A stretch of DNA of 62,130 bases, filler included, from Stramenopiles sp. TOSAG23-2 (GCA_900128395.1; 6 parts of 5 records of this genome joined end to end with filler, not necessarily neighbours in it); one strand, 5' to 3'; counted from the first letter of the whole stretch, positions 1 through 13,778 are shown. Translations and numbers: made by a program. The notes: generated from the letters alone by a model not told the origin.

Positions 1-428
1 AGTGTTTAAGTATAATAAACAATTTGTACCGAAAATCGGTGACTGGCCGGCACAGTAATAAAAATTTGTAAGATATTATCTATTATTTTATATTGATTTT
101 TTTACAATTATTAAATATAAAATTTAATAAATGCAAAAATGAAAAGGGATACGTCTCGTATATATTATAACATTTGTTTTTATATGTATTTTTCTACAAT
201 CTAGTTTACTTGTTCAATATCTAACTATTGATTTCTGGAAACGATAAAGAGACAATATACATAAAATAAAGAGACAGAACGATATAATATTATTATATTG
301 CATATCTATATATAATAAATATATAGATATAAAAGCAATTTACGTCATTCTCGAAATAAATAAATATAGAAATATACAGTGCACAAATATATATATATAT
401 ATCCCATTTGATATAAACGGAAAGAAAT

Positions 429-2677
429 ATGAGTGATAACAACAATTTAAAGAACAATAATACTGGTGTGAAAAAAAATGATGGTGGAAATAATAAACAA
501 AATTTAAATGCCGGTGTAAAACATGTTGAAGCTTCTTCTGTTTCCTCCACTTTTGTCAAAGGCGATAATAATAATATTAATGGAACTCCAACAACAACAT
601 TTAAAAAGAATTTATCAATTAAAACGAAGGATATTAGAACACCCAACAACAATTTTTCTAAAAAAAGTGATTCACGTATCTCATTTACTCCAACCATGAC
701 TAATAAATCTGTAAAAGATTTGAAACCGAGAGATTTTTTAAAACTTCGCATGTTAGGTAAAGGTGACGTCGGCAAAGTATTCTTAGTGACACCAAAAAAA
801 TCAAAATGGAGGAAACCAGGTTCAATGGAAGCAACTTTAAATAGCAATGAGGTTATTAAACAAATGTCTTATCTAGCTAGAAACTCGCCGAAGAATAGCG
901 CGGGAGCAAACGACAAAGGTCGTAATAGCACCTTACCAACGACACCAAATGGATCAAAATTACCAATACCTACTGAACTATTTGCAATGAAAGTTGTTAA
1001 TAAAAAAGATGTGATCAAACGTGGAAAAGCGAAACGTGTCATGTTAGAAAGGGATATATTATCTAGTACAAATCATCCGTTTATCGTGACCATGTATTTA
1101 GCATTGCAAACACGACATCGATTGTATTTTTTTTTGCAATATTGCCCAGGGGGTGAATTTTTTAGAATGCTGCGAAGACAACCGAAGAAACGAATACCAG
1201 AAGCGTATGCTAAATTTTACGCTGCTGAAATTTTATTAGCAATTGAATATTTGCATTTATTAGGTTTCATATACAGAGACTTAAAACCTGAAAATATTTT
1301 AGTCCATATGAGCGGACATTTAATGTTGGCCGATTTTGACTTAGCGAGATTAGTGAAACATACTGGTAAAAAGAAGGCGCCGAAAATCGTGCCAAGAAAA
1401 GGAAAATATAATAAAAGGAATGGGGGCCGTGGAAATGCAGGTAGTGGTGAAGCTCGTAGGAATGGGAATGGCACAGGGAATGCCCCGGGACGCAATCTCT
1501 TTTCTATGTGCTGTGGAGGTGGAACTGGTTTGCAACCGAAAATTGAAGATGAAGCCATGACGGTGGACACGGAGTCACAATTAAATCCAACAAACGCAAG
1601 CGATAGAGCGATGTCCTTTGTAGGGACAGTAGAATATATCGCACCTGAAGTAATTAAAAACGAAGGATATGCGGGAACAGTGGACTGGTGGACATTTGGC
1701 ATTTTAATGTACGAAATGATGCATGGCAAAACACCATTTAAAGGGAAGGATACCGATGATACTTTTGCAAATATTTTTTTGGGCGATTTTGATTTTCCAA
1801 AAGATGTTGATACATCAAATGAATGCAAGTCGTTGCTACGTATGTTATTAGCAAAGGATCTAGAAGATCGCCTCAGTTCACCTAGTCAAATAAGACAACA
1901 TGCTTTTTTCAAAGGTACAAATTGGGCATTGCTTCGGAATGAAAAACCACCTATCATACCCAATATAGAACATCCATTAGATACTCGTAACTTTCGCTCT
2001 TTTAATGATGTAGTTGAATCAGATGAGGAGTTTATCGGTAGAAATAGTGGCACCACCGAAAATAGCAAAAAAAAAGATCTTTTCGGTGCGAAAAGCGTTA
2101 ACAATAATAGTCATAATAAGAATAATAACAAGCAAAGCAATCAAAATCTAGACACACCAATTAAGAGTACGGATGCAATAGGATCAACGATCAAGCAGAA
2201 TAATGAAGGAGGAAAAAAACAGGAACAAAAAACAAATGGAACCGAGGGCGACAAGAGTGGATCAGGCGATGAGTCAGACGATGAGGAGGAAAAAAACAGG
2301 AACAAAAAACAAATGGAACCGAGGGCGACAAGAGTGGATCAGGCGATGAGTCAGACGATGAGGATGTCATTAAAATACTAACACCGGATGTATCAAAACG
2401 TGCATCGAGTACAAGTGAATCGTTTAAAGGTTTTGAATGGAAAACTCCTCGTGCTGAGGATCCTCACTGGGACGATATTAATTTTATGGCTCGATCTCCA
2501 AAACCGTTATCGTTGCAAAAACCTGTTTTTTTATCACGTATTCAATCGATTAGTGGAGAAGCTTTGCAGTATCAAAAAAATAGCGACGCAGCATCTGTGG
2601 AAAATATAGAGTTAGATGATAATAGTGAAGGAAAAAAAAAAAGAAAGAAGGAAAAATTGAGTGAAATAATTGAGTAG
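429..2677 (+). CDS. AGC Ser/Thr kinase, NRC-2/Kin82/phototropin-kinase-like; reading frame broken by a 77-nt tandem duplication
   Basis: Motifs GKGDVG, FAMK, YRDLKPEN, DFD in place of DFG, and SFVGTVEYIAPE. Removing one copy of the 2207-2364 duplication continues the frame through FKGFEW (AGC hydrophobic motif) into ORF 2486..2677. Confidence 0.9.
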
Positions 2678-3029
2678 GAGAGAGAGAGACAACAAAAATA
2701 AAAAAAATTAATACTTCTTCGTATATTTTTTTTTTAAATAACACCCCTGTAAAATTCGTTAAAGTTTGAAACACAGGGAGAGATATAAAAATATCGATTA
2801 TCATACTAAATCTTTATAATACACAAAGTATATTTTTTTTTTACAAAAAGTTAAAATTTTTTTTTATATAAAATAAATATACGAAGCGTATATATATGTA
2901 TGCATATTTAAAAATAAAACACTTTTTATCATTTATCATTACGCGTTTTAAAAAGCCCCAACACACTTGCCATGTACTATTTTATTTGTGTTGTGTGTAT
3001 TGTGTGCCAAGACAATCTCTCCTATTTTT

Positions 3030-3506
3030 TTATAAATGTATAATTAAACGTTTAAATTCATCATAGCCTATTTGTCCATCACCATCAACATCTGCCTCGG
3101 CAATTAAATTATCAATTTCTTGATCTGTTAATTCTTCGTCCAAATTCATCATTACATGTCTTAATTCAGCTGCTGTAATATATCCACTACCATCCTGATC
3201 AAAGACTTTAAAAACATCAATAATATCATACTCTTCATTGCTCTCACTCATACGACTAGACATTAGATCTACAAACTCGTCAAAATCAACAGATCCACCT
3301 CCATCTTGATCAACCTCGGCGATAATTTGTACTAATTCTTCTTGTGTAACCTTTTGTCCAAGCGTTTCCAATACAGTGCCTAATTCATCAGTAGATACTT
3401 CACCACTTCCATCCATATCAAACAAAGCAAATGCTTGTTTTAATTCTGCAATTTGTTCATCAGTGAAAACAACTTTATCAACTTCTTCCTCATTTTCTTC
3501 TGCCAT
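3030..3506 (-). CDS. Calmodulin-like four-EF-hand protein
   Basis: Four EF-hand loops ([48 protein letters not shown]); 158 aa. Confidence 0.93.
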   Translation of the reverse strand: MAEENEEEVDKVVFTDEQIAELKQAFALFDMDGSGEVSTDELGTVLETLGQKVTQEELVQIIAEVDQDGGGSVDFDEFVDLMSSRMSESNEEYDIIDVFKVFDQDGSGYITAAELRHVMMNLDEELTDQEIDNLIAEADVDGDGQIGYDEFKRLIIHL

Positions 3507-4287
3507 ATTTGGTAATATATATATAATAGATTGTTATTTTGCTTGATTTAAAATATGGATTTTATCTATCTATCTATCTATATTAATTTGTTTACAATAT
3601 GAATCAAATAATAATATAGATGTATATATATACAGTTGTTATGATATATATGTATATATGTGCTTTGTTTTTTTTTACAATAATATGAATCAGATCTATA
3701 TATAATCTATATGTATGTACAGAGTATATATATATTTCTTTCACGCATATTTTATATATGTATAACGTTGCTATTTTTTACGATATTTTAGCAGGCTCGT
3801 ATCATCTGTAAACATTTTTTATGACAAAAATGCACCTTGACACAACGTATAAAAAGAACTTCACATTCACCACCACGCCAGGATTGCCTACTTTGTTTTT
3901 TTAAGGATAAAATGAAGTTAGAATCCAAATAACATATATCTACAATATTTTGTAGCACGTACGGGGATATTTTACCTATCTTTTCCAACATTTTTAACTT
4001 TTTAACACACAACAAAAAAAGGTAATCCAGGTTAAGGTATAATACAAATCTCTACATAACAAAAATTTTATTATATGTCATGTAGGTGCATAGCTCAATA
4101 ATAAGAATGAATATATATATATAGCTTCCGAGCTCGCTGGATAGATGACAATATGCCATCATACATATGCATATATATATGATAATAATGTATCCAATAC
4201 ATGAATAGTCTATGGTCTATATATTATATATATATTATACTATCCTAACTGTTGTAAAAAAAGAAACAATTACATCTCTCAAAAACC

Positions 4288-4390
4288 ATGAGGGAAACAA
4301 ATTATAATTATCATCAAATTGTTAGAATAGCTATTATTGTAATAACTTTATTTATTCAATATAGTTGTATTGATGGCGAAAATGGAAATC

Positions 4391-4427
<37 letters not shown>

Positions 4428-6276
4428 TGGAGAAGGTCGTTACGTCTCTTTCGTTACAATACCAATATTTTCACATTTTGAACCTTTAGCTGCCATGGCA
4501 GAAAAAATGTATGAGCGGGGATATCGTGTAAGTATAGCGTTACCAGAGGGTTATGAAAGTTGGGTTGAAACATATGCACCGCATGCACAGTTTATACCAT
4601 GTGGTATCTTACCCCACAATGAAGAATTAGAAGAGTTACAATTACGTACTTTTTTATCTCCGACAAATACATTTATAAGTAGTATTAATAGCAATAAAAA
4701 CGATTCTTCAAAAAAAATAGCAACGGATCCAATGGCATCAACGAAATCTTCTTCAATACCGAATGTAAATAATTCCACATCGATTCGGAACACTGATAAA
4801 TATTTTTTGCAACATATATGGGATTCGTTGTTTCCATATAAAAATATGTATATTAATATTGCGTCCCGTTTACGTTATTACGCAGCATTTCAAAAAAATA
4901 TGTTAACCGTTTTAACACATGCACATGCAATAGATGTTCCGGATTTAATAGTTGTTGATCGTTACACATTTGCTGGCATAGGTAGTGCAAACTATCATCA
5001 TATAAATTTTGTTATCAATAGTCCATCTTTATTATATGATATTGATAATCCAGCACAATACATCCCGGCTCCATTTTCACCAACGGAGAGCGCGCACTCG
5101 CAAAGTCAAAGCACTGGTCGGCCATTTAAAGCGATGGATGGAACCACTGCTTCTCACCTGCATACAAATAATAATGATTTTTGCAAATCTGGTGGGATTA
5201 ATAATCAAAAGCCATCAATTAACGACCGGGTTAAAAACTATTTACATCGTTTAGTATACCGTTTAGCTGTTGGCAAAGCTACTGGTGATATTAACGCGGT
5301 GTGGAATTTAAATGTTGATTCTAACGTCATAAACGAGGATCAATATTACAAGAAAAAATATATTATAGTAAATAGTATTTTTGGTATAGATGATGAGCGA
5401 GATTTATCTCCATTGATAACAATGGTTGGTGATATTTCGATAGAACGGAATACAAAGGATGGAATGGGCGTACATTTAATTGATGACATACCAGAACAAA
5501 TACATGATCAGCTTTTTGATGGTGGAAGGAACAAACATTTTACCAGCGGAACAAACAATATTTTAGTTGATTTAAATGGTTACATGAGTAACGAATTGAA
5601 AACTATACTTGAAGAGAAAGATAATTTCCTTCTTCTCGAGCCAGCTGGAAGTGGCAGTGTTGTTGAGGAAGATGATATGGATGAAATTCATCCACCAATT
5701 TTATTACAAGATGTATTTAATAGTTTAAATGTATCGATTTTAATAACAACTGGTAAATTAAGCGCAGTGCAAAAAGCGTTACTGAATTGTATACCTGTTA
5801 TAATCATGCCAATAACAGCCGAGGACTTAGATATTGGAAAACGGATTGAACATCTGAGCGCTGGAGTTTTAATCAGTGCAAATCATGTCTCATCACTTGA
5901 AATGGAGACCACTGGGTGTTTAAGCAACGGGACTACTAGCAATGCTTTTAAAGCTTGCGTGATGGAAAATATGATTCAAAATGCTATTTTGAAAATAAAT
6001 AATGACAAAGTATTTAGACGGACTGCTTGTAAACTGAAATCAAAGTTACTTGCAGGTGGTGGATTGCATCGGGCTGCAAATATTTTGGAAGCGGCTATTA
6101 CAATTGGTGTAGCACCATATATAAATATTGACTTGCCGTGGTATTCCAAAAGTATGCTTGATGTGTATTTACTTTATTCCATTGTACTAGGGGGCGTATA
6201 TATGATACTGAAAACAATGATGAGTGCATGCTCAACACTATGGGAAAGTGTGGTTAATCCGAGTGTTGCTTGGTGA
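4288..6276 (+). CDS. UDP-glycosyltransferase (GT1/UGT-like) with signal peptide and C-terminal TM helix
   Basis: SHFEPLAAMAEKMYERG N-terminal motif, DLIVVD, degenerate PSPG-like box ILITTGKLSAVQKALLNCIPVIIMP, and LPWY..MLDV followed by a TM segment as in membrane-bound UGTs. Confidence 0.8.
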
Positions 6277-6436
6277 TGATATATACAAAAATATTGTTCT
6301 AGAGAGAGAGAGAGAGAGAGAGAACCCCTGTGTGCGTGTAGCACTATATCCAGGTAAAATGTTTGTTGCAACACTATCATTATATATTTATATTCCATTA
6401 ATTTAAAAAAGATCATGATACTACTCGTAAAATGTG

Positions 6437-8597
6437 CTATACTACGTCGTCATTGCCTCCCTCATCATGGACAACGCTGCTATTTGATACGCGACTGTTT
6501 CCATCATTAAAAATACTATTATCAACATCATTATTGCCATCACTACGTTCATTAACTATTGTACCTTGATGATTATTGTTATTATCAATATCCGTGTTGC
6601 TATTACTATAATTTGAATTCAAAACATCCTCCTCAATAACAGCTCTACACAATGGGCATGCAACATGTTGATTTAACCATTGTCCAATACATTTTTTATG
6701 AAAAATATGTTTGCATGGTAATATATTCTTTCGGTCCCCATGCTGGTATTCTTCCATACATATACTACATCTCTCTTGACTATCGTCTTGCTTCACTTTG
6801 TCATCGCTTCTCTTATCTATATTTTTTTCATCCTTCTTATCTTGTTTTTTGACATGTATTATTTCGTCAAGAGATTCCAATCTACTGTTTGATACACCTT
6901 GTCTCACCGCCGTACTACCAGCTCTATTGGCAGCGTCAAGTGGCATAACTCTGCCATCTCTAAACATTCTATTATCACCACGAGCATTTGTTTTTATGCA
7001 AAACCAATAACTTAACATGGCAACTAGAAAACAAGTGCTAAGAGTGGAAAATATCCACAATGCTGGACAACTGAATATATCCTCATGGCACATATCATCC
7101 CAATTACGTTTACTATATGATGGGTCATCATATGATTTTAAACTTGTCCAATGATCGATATTGGTCAAATTAATTGACCTTGTATATGTAGCATAATTAT
7201 ACAGCATATATGAATGGATGTAATGGGTTAGAATGGCTATCTAATAAACATTTAGCGGGATTTTATTTTACTTACCAGGTATCATCTAACTCATAATGAA
7301 ATCTTCCACCATGTACAATTAATTTATCATTGCCAACCTTTGCATATGCTGCACCAAATCTCACTTTTGGAACTTGCAAGACGTATCCTTCATTTCTTTC
7401 CAATTTCGCTGCTTCCTCATCAAATGTTCTCGCCCATTGGCGATCTACACATTTTACTTTGTAATCCTTGCGAGGATATTGCAAGCATTCATTCGGCCGT
7501 GCTTCAAATTTAGCACCCACGTCAGCTTCTATTAAATTTTGTACATTCGTCCTAAAAATGTCTCGATATACAAAGGATGCACTTGATGTGAGTTCCATGC
7601 CAGCAAAATATATCACATAACTATTCCACATTATCATAACACCATCTGTACGTTTAATGCTATCTTTTGGTTGCAATAACTGCTTCCATTCAATTGAATC
7701 TACCTCCTTTCCATCAGCACCGATTAGCATCACCGACCATACATCAGATTGCATTGAATATGTATAACTGGACAACCCTTGACCACCGTATATTATCATA
7801 TGCACAGTGTTTTGATACATATCGCGGGAAGAATGCTTACTATTGCTGTTAGAAGATGCTTTATATAAAACAGCTCCGTGATTAAAACGTCCAATTGGCA
7901 AGACACTCTGTATAGGCTTATTATATTCATTTCTCCAAGATTTTGTTCGTATGGAGTAGCTCCATAAATCATTATGTACAGTGACACTGTCCATAAACCC
8001 AGATACACCGCCAAATATATACATGCGATGATCGATTTTGACGACAGAATGGGAAGCACGATCGGATACAAAAGCTGGATGGTTTTTTATTTCGTTTATA
8101 TACATTGTCCATCGAGGCACAGATGCTGGTTGCGTGATACTAGTTCTTAAATCTACAAACTGCACTTGATATAATTGTTTTTCATCTTTTTGTCTCAGCG
8201 TCGTTTGCGAACGAGTAGTACCTCCAAAAACATATATATTGCATACACCTGGTGGATCTGGATTCAACTGACGGTCGTTTAAAACAGCGGCAGTGTGGCT
8301 ATATCGTGCAGTCGAACGTGCAGATGAACTGTTTTTATGTTGAATTTCTGACCATATATTAAACATATCTAACCCCAAGCTCCATACATCACTATGCCCT
8401 GTTTGAGCATTTGTTGAATAACCGCCAAAAATAATAAAATACTGGGAGCCATCATAACCTTGACAGATATTGCCTGTATGCCAGTGTCGACCAATTGGTA
8501 CATTTGCAACGCCCTGGCTATTATTTAAAAGTCTTACCCAAGGGGTTGCATGATTCCAATTTTTTTTATTATTTTGCTGATAATTACTACCTGACAT
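6437..8597 (-). CDS. Kelch-repeat + TM + RING-H2 E3 ligase (exons 8597-7276 and 7178-6437)
   Basis: Kelch motifs IIFGGY, YVFGG, YIFGG, IIYGG, IVHGG. A GT-AG intron at 7275-7179 joins the two ORFs to give DDTW|SINL. TM segment ALWIFSTLSTCFLVAMLSYWFCI, then RING-H2 CSIC..CKHIFHKKC..W..CPLC. Confidence 0.85.
7179..7275 (-). mobile_element. 97-nt spliceosomal intron, probable decayed Introner-family copy
   Basis: GTAAGTAAAATAAAATCCCGCTAAA...TTCTAACCCAT...CATTCATATATGCT...ATGCTACA..AAG shares ordered blocks with the introns at 15400, 49667 and 50539. Splicing it restores the frame. Confidence 0.55.
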
Positions 8598-9177
8598 AGT
8601 TCAAATTAATTCACCACATAGAGTTTTATTTTATCAAAATATATTTACATGTATCTATATACACACATACATATTATATCCACCTTTTTTTTTGTTATTT
8701 ATCTTAACTTTTCTAAATTTGTTGTATTCATCCATGTATGATGTTACTATTATGTAAATTCTATATCTTCAAACGTTCAAGATCAAGAGTCTTTTTGTTC
8801 TTCGATTATTCGAGCTATAATAAAGGCATACAGTACAGAACAATTAAGGTTTTGTGAATATCGTAGAGGGCGCACAGTTCTTCCATTTACGTGTTACAGG
8901 TATAGTGTATATTTTATGTATTAAATGATTTCCAGATTTTTTAGCCAGCTAAGGCCACCACAGCAGATTTAGATATTGTTCATCAATTATTATTTTTCAC
9001 ACATTTAACATGGCAACCATGCACACATCAAGACACAAAATAAAAAGACGGTCGATTTCGTATTATTTTTTCCGTATTTATTATCAAACCAATTATAAAA
9101 ATAAAAACTTTAAAAATATTATAAACTTATTCATCTAGAATTCATATTCATTCGAAATTTTTTTTTTTTAAATTATT

Positions 9178-9297
9178 TTACGTATCAATAATTTTTCCAT
9201 TTTTTACAATAACGTCGCCTTGATATGGTGGCGTTTTCCCCGTACCGTCGACAATAGTACCACCTTTTAATACGATCAGTGGGGATGTTGTATTCAT
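9178..9297 (-). pseudogene. 39-codon N-terminal fragment of an amidohydrolase (N-acyl-D-amino-acid deacylase-like)
   Basis: Translates to MNTTSPLIVLKGGTIVDGTGKTPPYQGDVIVKNGKIIDT*, which matches the typical amidohydrolase N-terminal beta-strand motif. No continuation was found downstream. Confidence 0.6.
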
Positions 9298-9509
9298 TTT
9301 GTTATATATAATGTATGTATATGTGTGTGTGTGTGTGCTTCTGATGCCTGATGTTGGTAAAAAGATTCTTAGTTAGTCTGTACTTTACTTTATATAATGT
9401 TCTTTTTGTTGTTGTAATCTTCTTGGAAGTATTGTTATATACAGATATATATATAGATTGCAGATTTCGGTTTCGTCTAGTAATGCTATTGTTAGAATTG
9501 TAAGTCCAA

Positions 9510-9532
9510 GAAAAGTCTAGGACCTAGATTAG
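9510..9532. promoter_or_regulatory. Dispersed 23-mer GAAAAGTCTAGGACCTAGATTAG with TCTAGG-A-CCTAGA palindrome, copy 1
   Basis: Identical to 55234-55256, with a 17-nt match at 59765. Function is inferred only. Confidence 0.45.
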
Positions 9533-10171
9533 GAGGTCGGACTGTTTATTTCCAGTGTTTTGTAGTTGCCTGTTCTCGAAGAAAAGGAAATAAAAATATA
9601 ATACAAAAACTAGTAGAAAAAATATCCGCAAACAAATATATATATAACACTTTTTATAAAATTTTCCATAAATAAATGTGGACATTCCAAGAGTTCTAGA
9701 AAACTATAACATTCATATATGCACGTGGAATTTAGTATGGTCATGTTAAAAAGAAGAAATTCTCGTAAATATTAATCTAAAAAATACAACTATTTTGAAT
9801 TTCCGATCCAAGTGGGACATATAAAATTTCATTTTTCCTTTTTGCTTCTGATTTTTTGTATTATTTGAAATATTGGTAGTCTTCTTTGTAAAAAGAAGCA
9901 CGCGATCGGTGACTTTTATGATGTTCTAATTGGTACTACGACTTTTCGGGCTTTTCTGGTATTATCAATAATTGGATTTTTGGGAAATTAAAAGGGAGGG
10001 GAAAACTGGATGCTGGGAAGGTGCGGTCAAGAAGTATTAATATTAGAATGTATATCATACATATTATAAAAAATTCTCTTATTCATAAGTTAAAGATTTT
10101 ATTTTACTCATAATATATAATATATATACTTCGTATGATATACACAAACACACACCACACATTTTATTTTT

Positions 10172-12781
10172 TCACAACATCACACTCAATAAAACGACAA
10201 ATAGAAATATACCAATTAATACTTTCACAATTAATTCTTTATGTTTTATGAAATATAAACGATAAATAGATTCCGTATGGCTTGTTAAATAACTACCCAT
10301 TTTACCTAAACCAACAATGAAAATGGAACGAAAAATATTCCACATCCATTTACATGTTCTATATATTAAACGTACGAAACTAGTACTTGGTACTTTACTC
10401 CCAGCTTGACCAATACTAGAACCTAAACGTGCAACATCTTTTGCTGATTTACAACAGGAACATAATGAACGTATTAAACTGTAACAACCTTTACACAATG
10501 TGTAAAAAAAAGTAAACATTGGCTTCAACATGAGAACCATTCCATTGAATATACCTTGCAATCCTCGAATAACAGGTGTCAATGAAACAAATAATGGTAA
10601 AAACATTAAACGAAATGCGCTCATGACGGAATCTAACCAACCAAACCAACGACCAAGTAAATTTTTAGCATAACGTCGTACCATCGGAACGTTTTGAAAT
10701 AAATCATAAAATGCTAAAATCATCATTCCCACAGACGCAATCCATACAACCGTATTAAACGTACTTCGCATCCATTTACGATAATAAAACCCATATCCTG
10801 CTAAAAACATTGACCAACTTGGCATTCCGTCTTCCACCAATGGTATCAATTCTTCATTATGCTTCACGAAATCTTTTAATAATGGATGTATCAGTGGTTC
10901 TGTATATCTAAATTTAAGCACTTGATGTTCATATTTTTCTTTAATTGCATCTTTTGCTTTTGTTAAATCAAATGTAGATGAAGTACGAGATGTACGTGAT
11001 GATAATATGGTTGTTGTTGTTGTTTTTGATGATGATGATGATAATGGCATTGTACGACATTGGTTATTATTGTTCTTTTTTTTGCTTACACCAGCTATTC
11101 CATTTTTATCACCGCCTTTACGTTTCCTTAACCCATCATGTTTTCCTGACATTTCTAATAAATCTTTAACAATATCTGGATTTATAGTAGTATCAAATTG
11201 TATCAATTTATTCACTTCATTATTGTTCATCTTATCATTTTGATCATCCTCAGATTCTCCATCATCTTCTTCTAGTAATTCTTTTTCTGTCTCTTCTTTT
11301 AACTTTCCTAAATTATCAATATTTTCTTTAATTCTAGTACGCGATTTTTTACGATTTTCTATTGCAGTAGTTACATCATCATTTGATATAATAGAGGGAC
11401 GTGGTGTTTCTGGTATTGGTATCGTTAAATCCGTACGCCATAAACGTGTAATTAACTTCGTTTCCAAGCTTACTTCTGCATGATCGGTCAATAAACTACG
11501 ATGATTCCAACCAGTAATATCTTTAATTTCAACTCGAAATTGTGCAATACCTTCCATTGGGGAAAATGGACTAACACCATGAAACCATATCACCCCAGCA
11601 ACAACAATTGGTGGAAATAAAAAGACAAATGCCCAATTCCACACTAATACTAAATATATATATGTAACAATAACAATCACTAATGTTGCTGTTGCTGGTT
11701 TAAATGCTTTTACAACATCTTTTTCTTCCATATCTGTATCATATGCAACTGTAAATAAAAAATGTGGACCATATTTATCATGAGAATCTACAATTTCTAC
11801 ATCCAATGGTACTTTCTTTACAGTATGCATACCTACTTGTAATTGTGTTATTGGTAATATTTTTCTTAAATTTCGAATACCACTTTTACGTGCAACTAAT
11901 GTTAATTTAGATCGTTCTTTCTTTTCCATTTCTTCTTCTTCTTCTTCTTCACCATTATCATCATCGTCTTTATTCGATGATTTTTTCTTAGGATTATCAT
12001 CCTCATCATCATGTATACCGTCTAAATCTTCTTCTCCATTATACAGCGAATTTAATTTATTTTTCCATCTTTTTTCACGGCGATTTTTTTTATGTAATTT
12101 ATTTTCACTTAAATATACAGAACGATGATTGACAATAACACGTCTATTATGACTTTTTTCATTATTATATCCTAATTCAACAGCACATGGTTTAATACTA
12201 TCCATAATACCATCGACATCTTTCATTTCATTATATAATTTCGTGTATGCTAATTTCATATCTTCAAATACTTGATTGTTGTTATTTAATTGTATTTCTT
12301 TATTTATAGCAATATCTTCTGGATTTTTATTATCATCTTCCACATCTTCTTGATTTGTTTGTATATTAAATGTTGATGGCTCTGGATAGATATATGGATT
12401 ATTATTATCATTATCACCATCATCATTAGCATCGTCACGTCTTCTATTTAAAAATGATGCATCATTTCTTTTATTGCTTCGATTTTTATTGTTTGGATAT
12501 GGTTCCTTATCTTGGCGTTTTCTTGATAATTCATATAATCTTTGCACATCATATTCATCATCACTATCTTCCTCTACTTGATCATCATATAAAAATGCTT
12601 GTACTAGCGAAAAATCTGGACTAAGAAAATTACTTGTTGCTGCTGCTTTACGTGCTGCTTTACGAAGTATATTATTCTTATTACGACGACTACTTTTATT
12701 AATATGTTCATTGTGGTTTCTATTGTTTATTCCATTTTTATATTTATCTGGTGTTCGTATAGGTGATAATCCATATTTCAT
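10172..12781 (-). CDS. Uncharacterised membrane protein (869 aa) with acidic/Asn-rich N-terminus and several TM segments
   Basis: Long ORF with hydrophobic segments (TLVIVIVTYIYLVLVWNWAFVFLFPPIVVAGVIW and C-terminal LIVKVLIGIFLFVVLLSVML). No family recognised. Confidence 0.8.
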   Translation of the reverse strand: MKYGLSPIRTPDKYKNGINNRNHNEHINKSSRRNKNNILRKAARKAAATSNFLSPDFSLVQAFLYDDQVEEDSDDEYDVQRLYELSRKRQDKEPYPNNKNRSNKRNDASFLNRRRDDANDDGDNDNNNPYIYPEPSTFNIQTNQEDVEDDNKNPEDIAINKEIQLNNNNQVFEDMKLAYTKLYNEMKDVDGIMDSIKPCAVELGYNNEKSHNRRVIVNHRSVYLSENKLHKKNRREKRWKNKLNSLYNGEEDLDGIHDDEDDNPKKKSSNKDDDDNGEEEEEEEMEKKERSKLTLVARKSGIRNLRKILPITQLQVGMHTVKKVPLDVEIVDSHDKYGPHFLFTVAYDTDMEEKDVVKAFKPATATLVIVIVTYIYLVLVWNWAFVFLFPPIVVAGVIWFHGVSPFSPMEGIAQFRVEIKDITGWNHRSLLTDHAEVSLETKLITRLWRTDLTIPIPETPRPSIISNDDVTTAIENRKKSRTRIKENIDNLGKLKEETEKELLEEDDGESEDDQNDKMNNNEVNKLIQFDTTINPDIVKDLLEMSGKHDGLRKRKGGDKNGIAGVSKKKNNNNQCRTMPLSSSSSKTTTTTILSSRTSRTSSTFDLTKAKDAIKEKYEHQVLKFRYTEPLIHPLLKDFVKHNEELIPLVEDGMPSWSMFLAGYGFYYRKWMRSTFNTVVWIASVGMMILAFYDLFQNVPMVRRYAKNLLGRWFGWLDSVMSAFRLMFLPLFVSLTPVIRGLQGIFNGMVLMLKPMFTFFYTLCKGCYSLIRSLCSCCKSAKDVARLGSSIGQAGSKVPSTSFVRLIYRTCKWMWNIFRSIFIVGLGKMGSYLTSHTESIYRLYFIKHKELIVKVLIGIFLFVVLLSVML

Positions 12782-13778
12782 GGTTTATATATATATATAT
12801 ATATGTATTATTACGTATATATTTAGTATGACATAAAAATGTTGAATCAACTAAAAAAAAACCCTTGTGAAATAAGATGATGATGTTTAATATTATTATC
12901 CTTTGTAAATATAAATATTCAAAATTTGTATCGAATTAATGTTTCTCTCTCTCTTTATACATCGAAAGTGTAGTCTATATGTCTGTTAAACCAAATCAAC
13001 ATCAATACTACAAACTTATATATAATTACTTCGTCATTTCTTGTTTTGCGACCTAATTTTTTTCAGTTAAATTTTGTTTGTTTGTTTTTTCTGTATGTGC
13101 GTTGCATGTCTTTAGTAATAAACTTAAATTATAGGTAGTTTTAGTACACGTGTTTCTAACTGCCGCAATAATGCAGTGTACTTGGTACCTGGTATAATAA
13201 TGTTATGTTGATAGACGACTACGTACTACGTACATCATAGGCATATATTAGCAATAAATGTAGTGTTCAAGTATACAAAAACTGGCCAGTAGCACCTGAT
13301 CAGTTGATCAAAATTAGTTAATTTTAAGGTTCGCACGTTTATAACTTAAACTTAAAATCCTCGTTCCTTTTCCCTTAGCCCTTCGGAGCACGATGTGTTA
13401 TTTTAATCTATTTAAGGGTTCGAAAATTATTCTTCCACTCGTATTTTGCCTCCACGTGTTGTGAGGGGCGAATTTCATCTATTTTGGCCCTTTGTCCTCG
13501 GAAAATTCGAGACGTACTGTAGACGACTACCAGACGACTACCACCAACCACCAGCCCAAGGCCAGGTAATTATGATGTGTTATAAATTACAAATATACTA
13601 CCAGCAGGCCAGCTGGTAATATTTAGGCCTTGAGATATAGAGAGGATTCTCTCTTACTCTACTGTACCACTACTAGCCGCCTTGAGCAACTTGATAATAA
13701 AATTATTTCAAGTACGAAAATATTATTATTAATAAAAATATGAATTAGCACTTAGAGCTCGCAGAAGGTAAAGTATAA

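Noticed and set aside
6300-6322. (AG)n, (CA)n and (AAT)n microsatellites
   Set aside because: These are ordinary simple repeats, pervasive in this genome.
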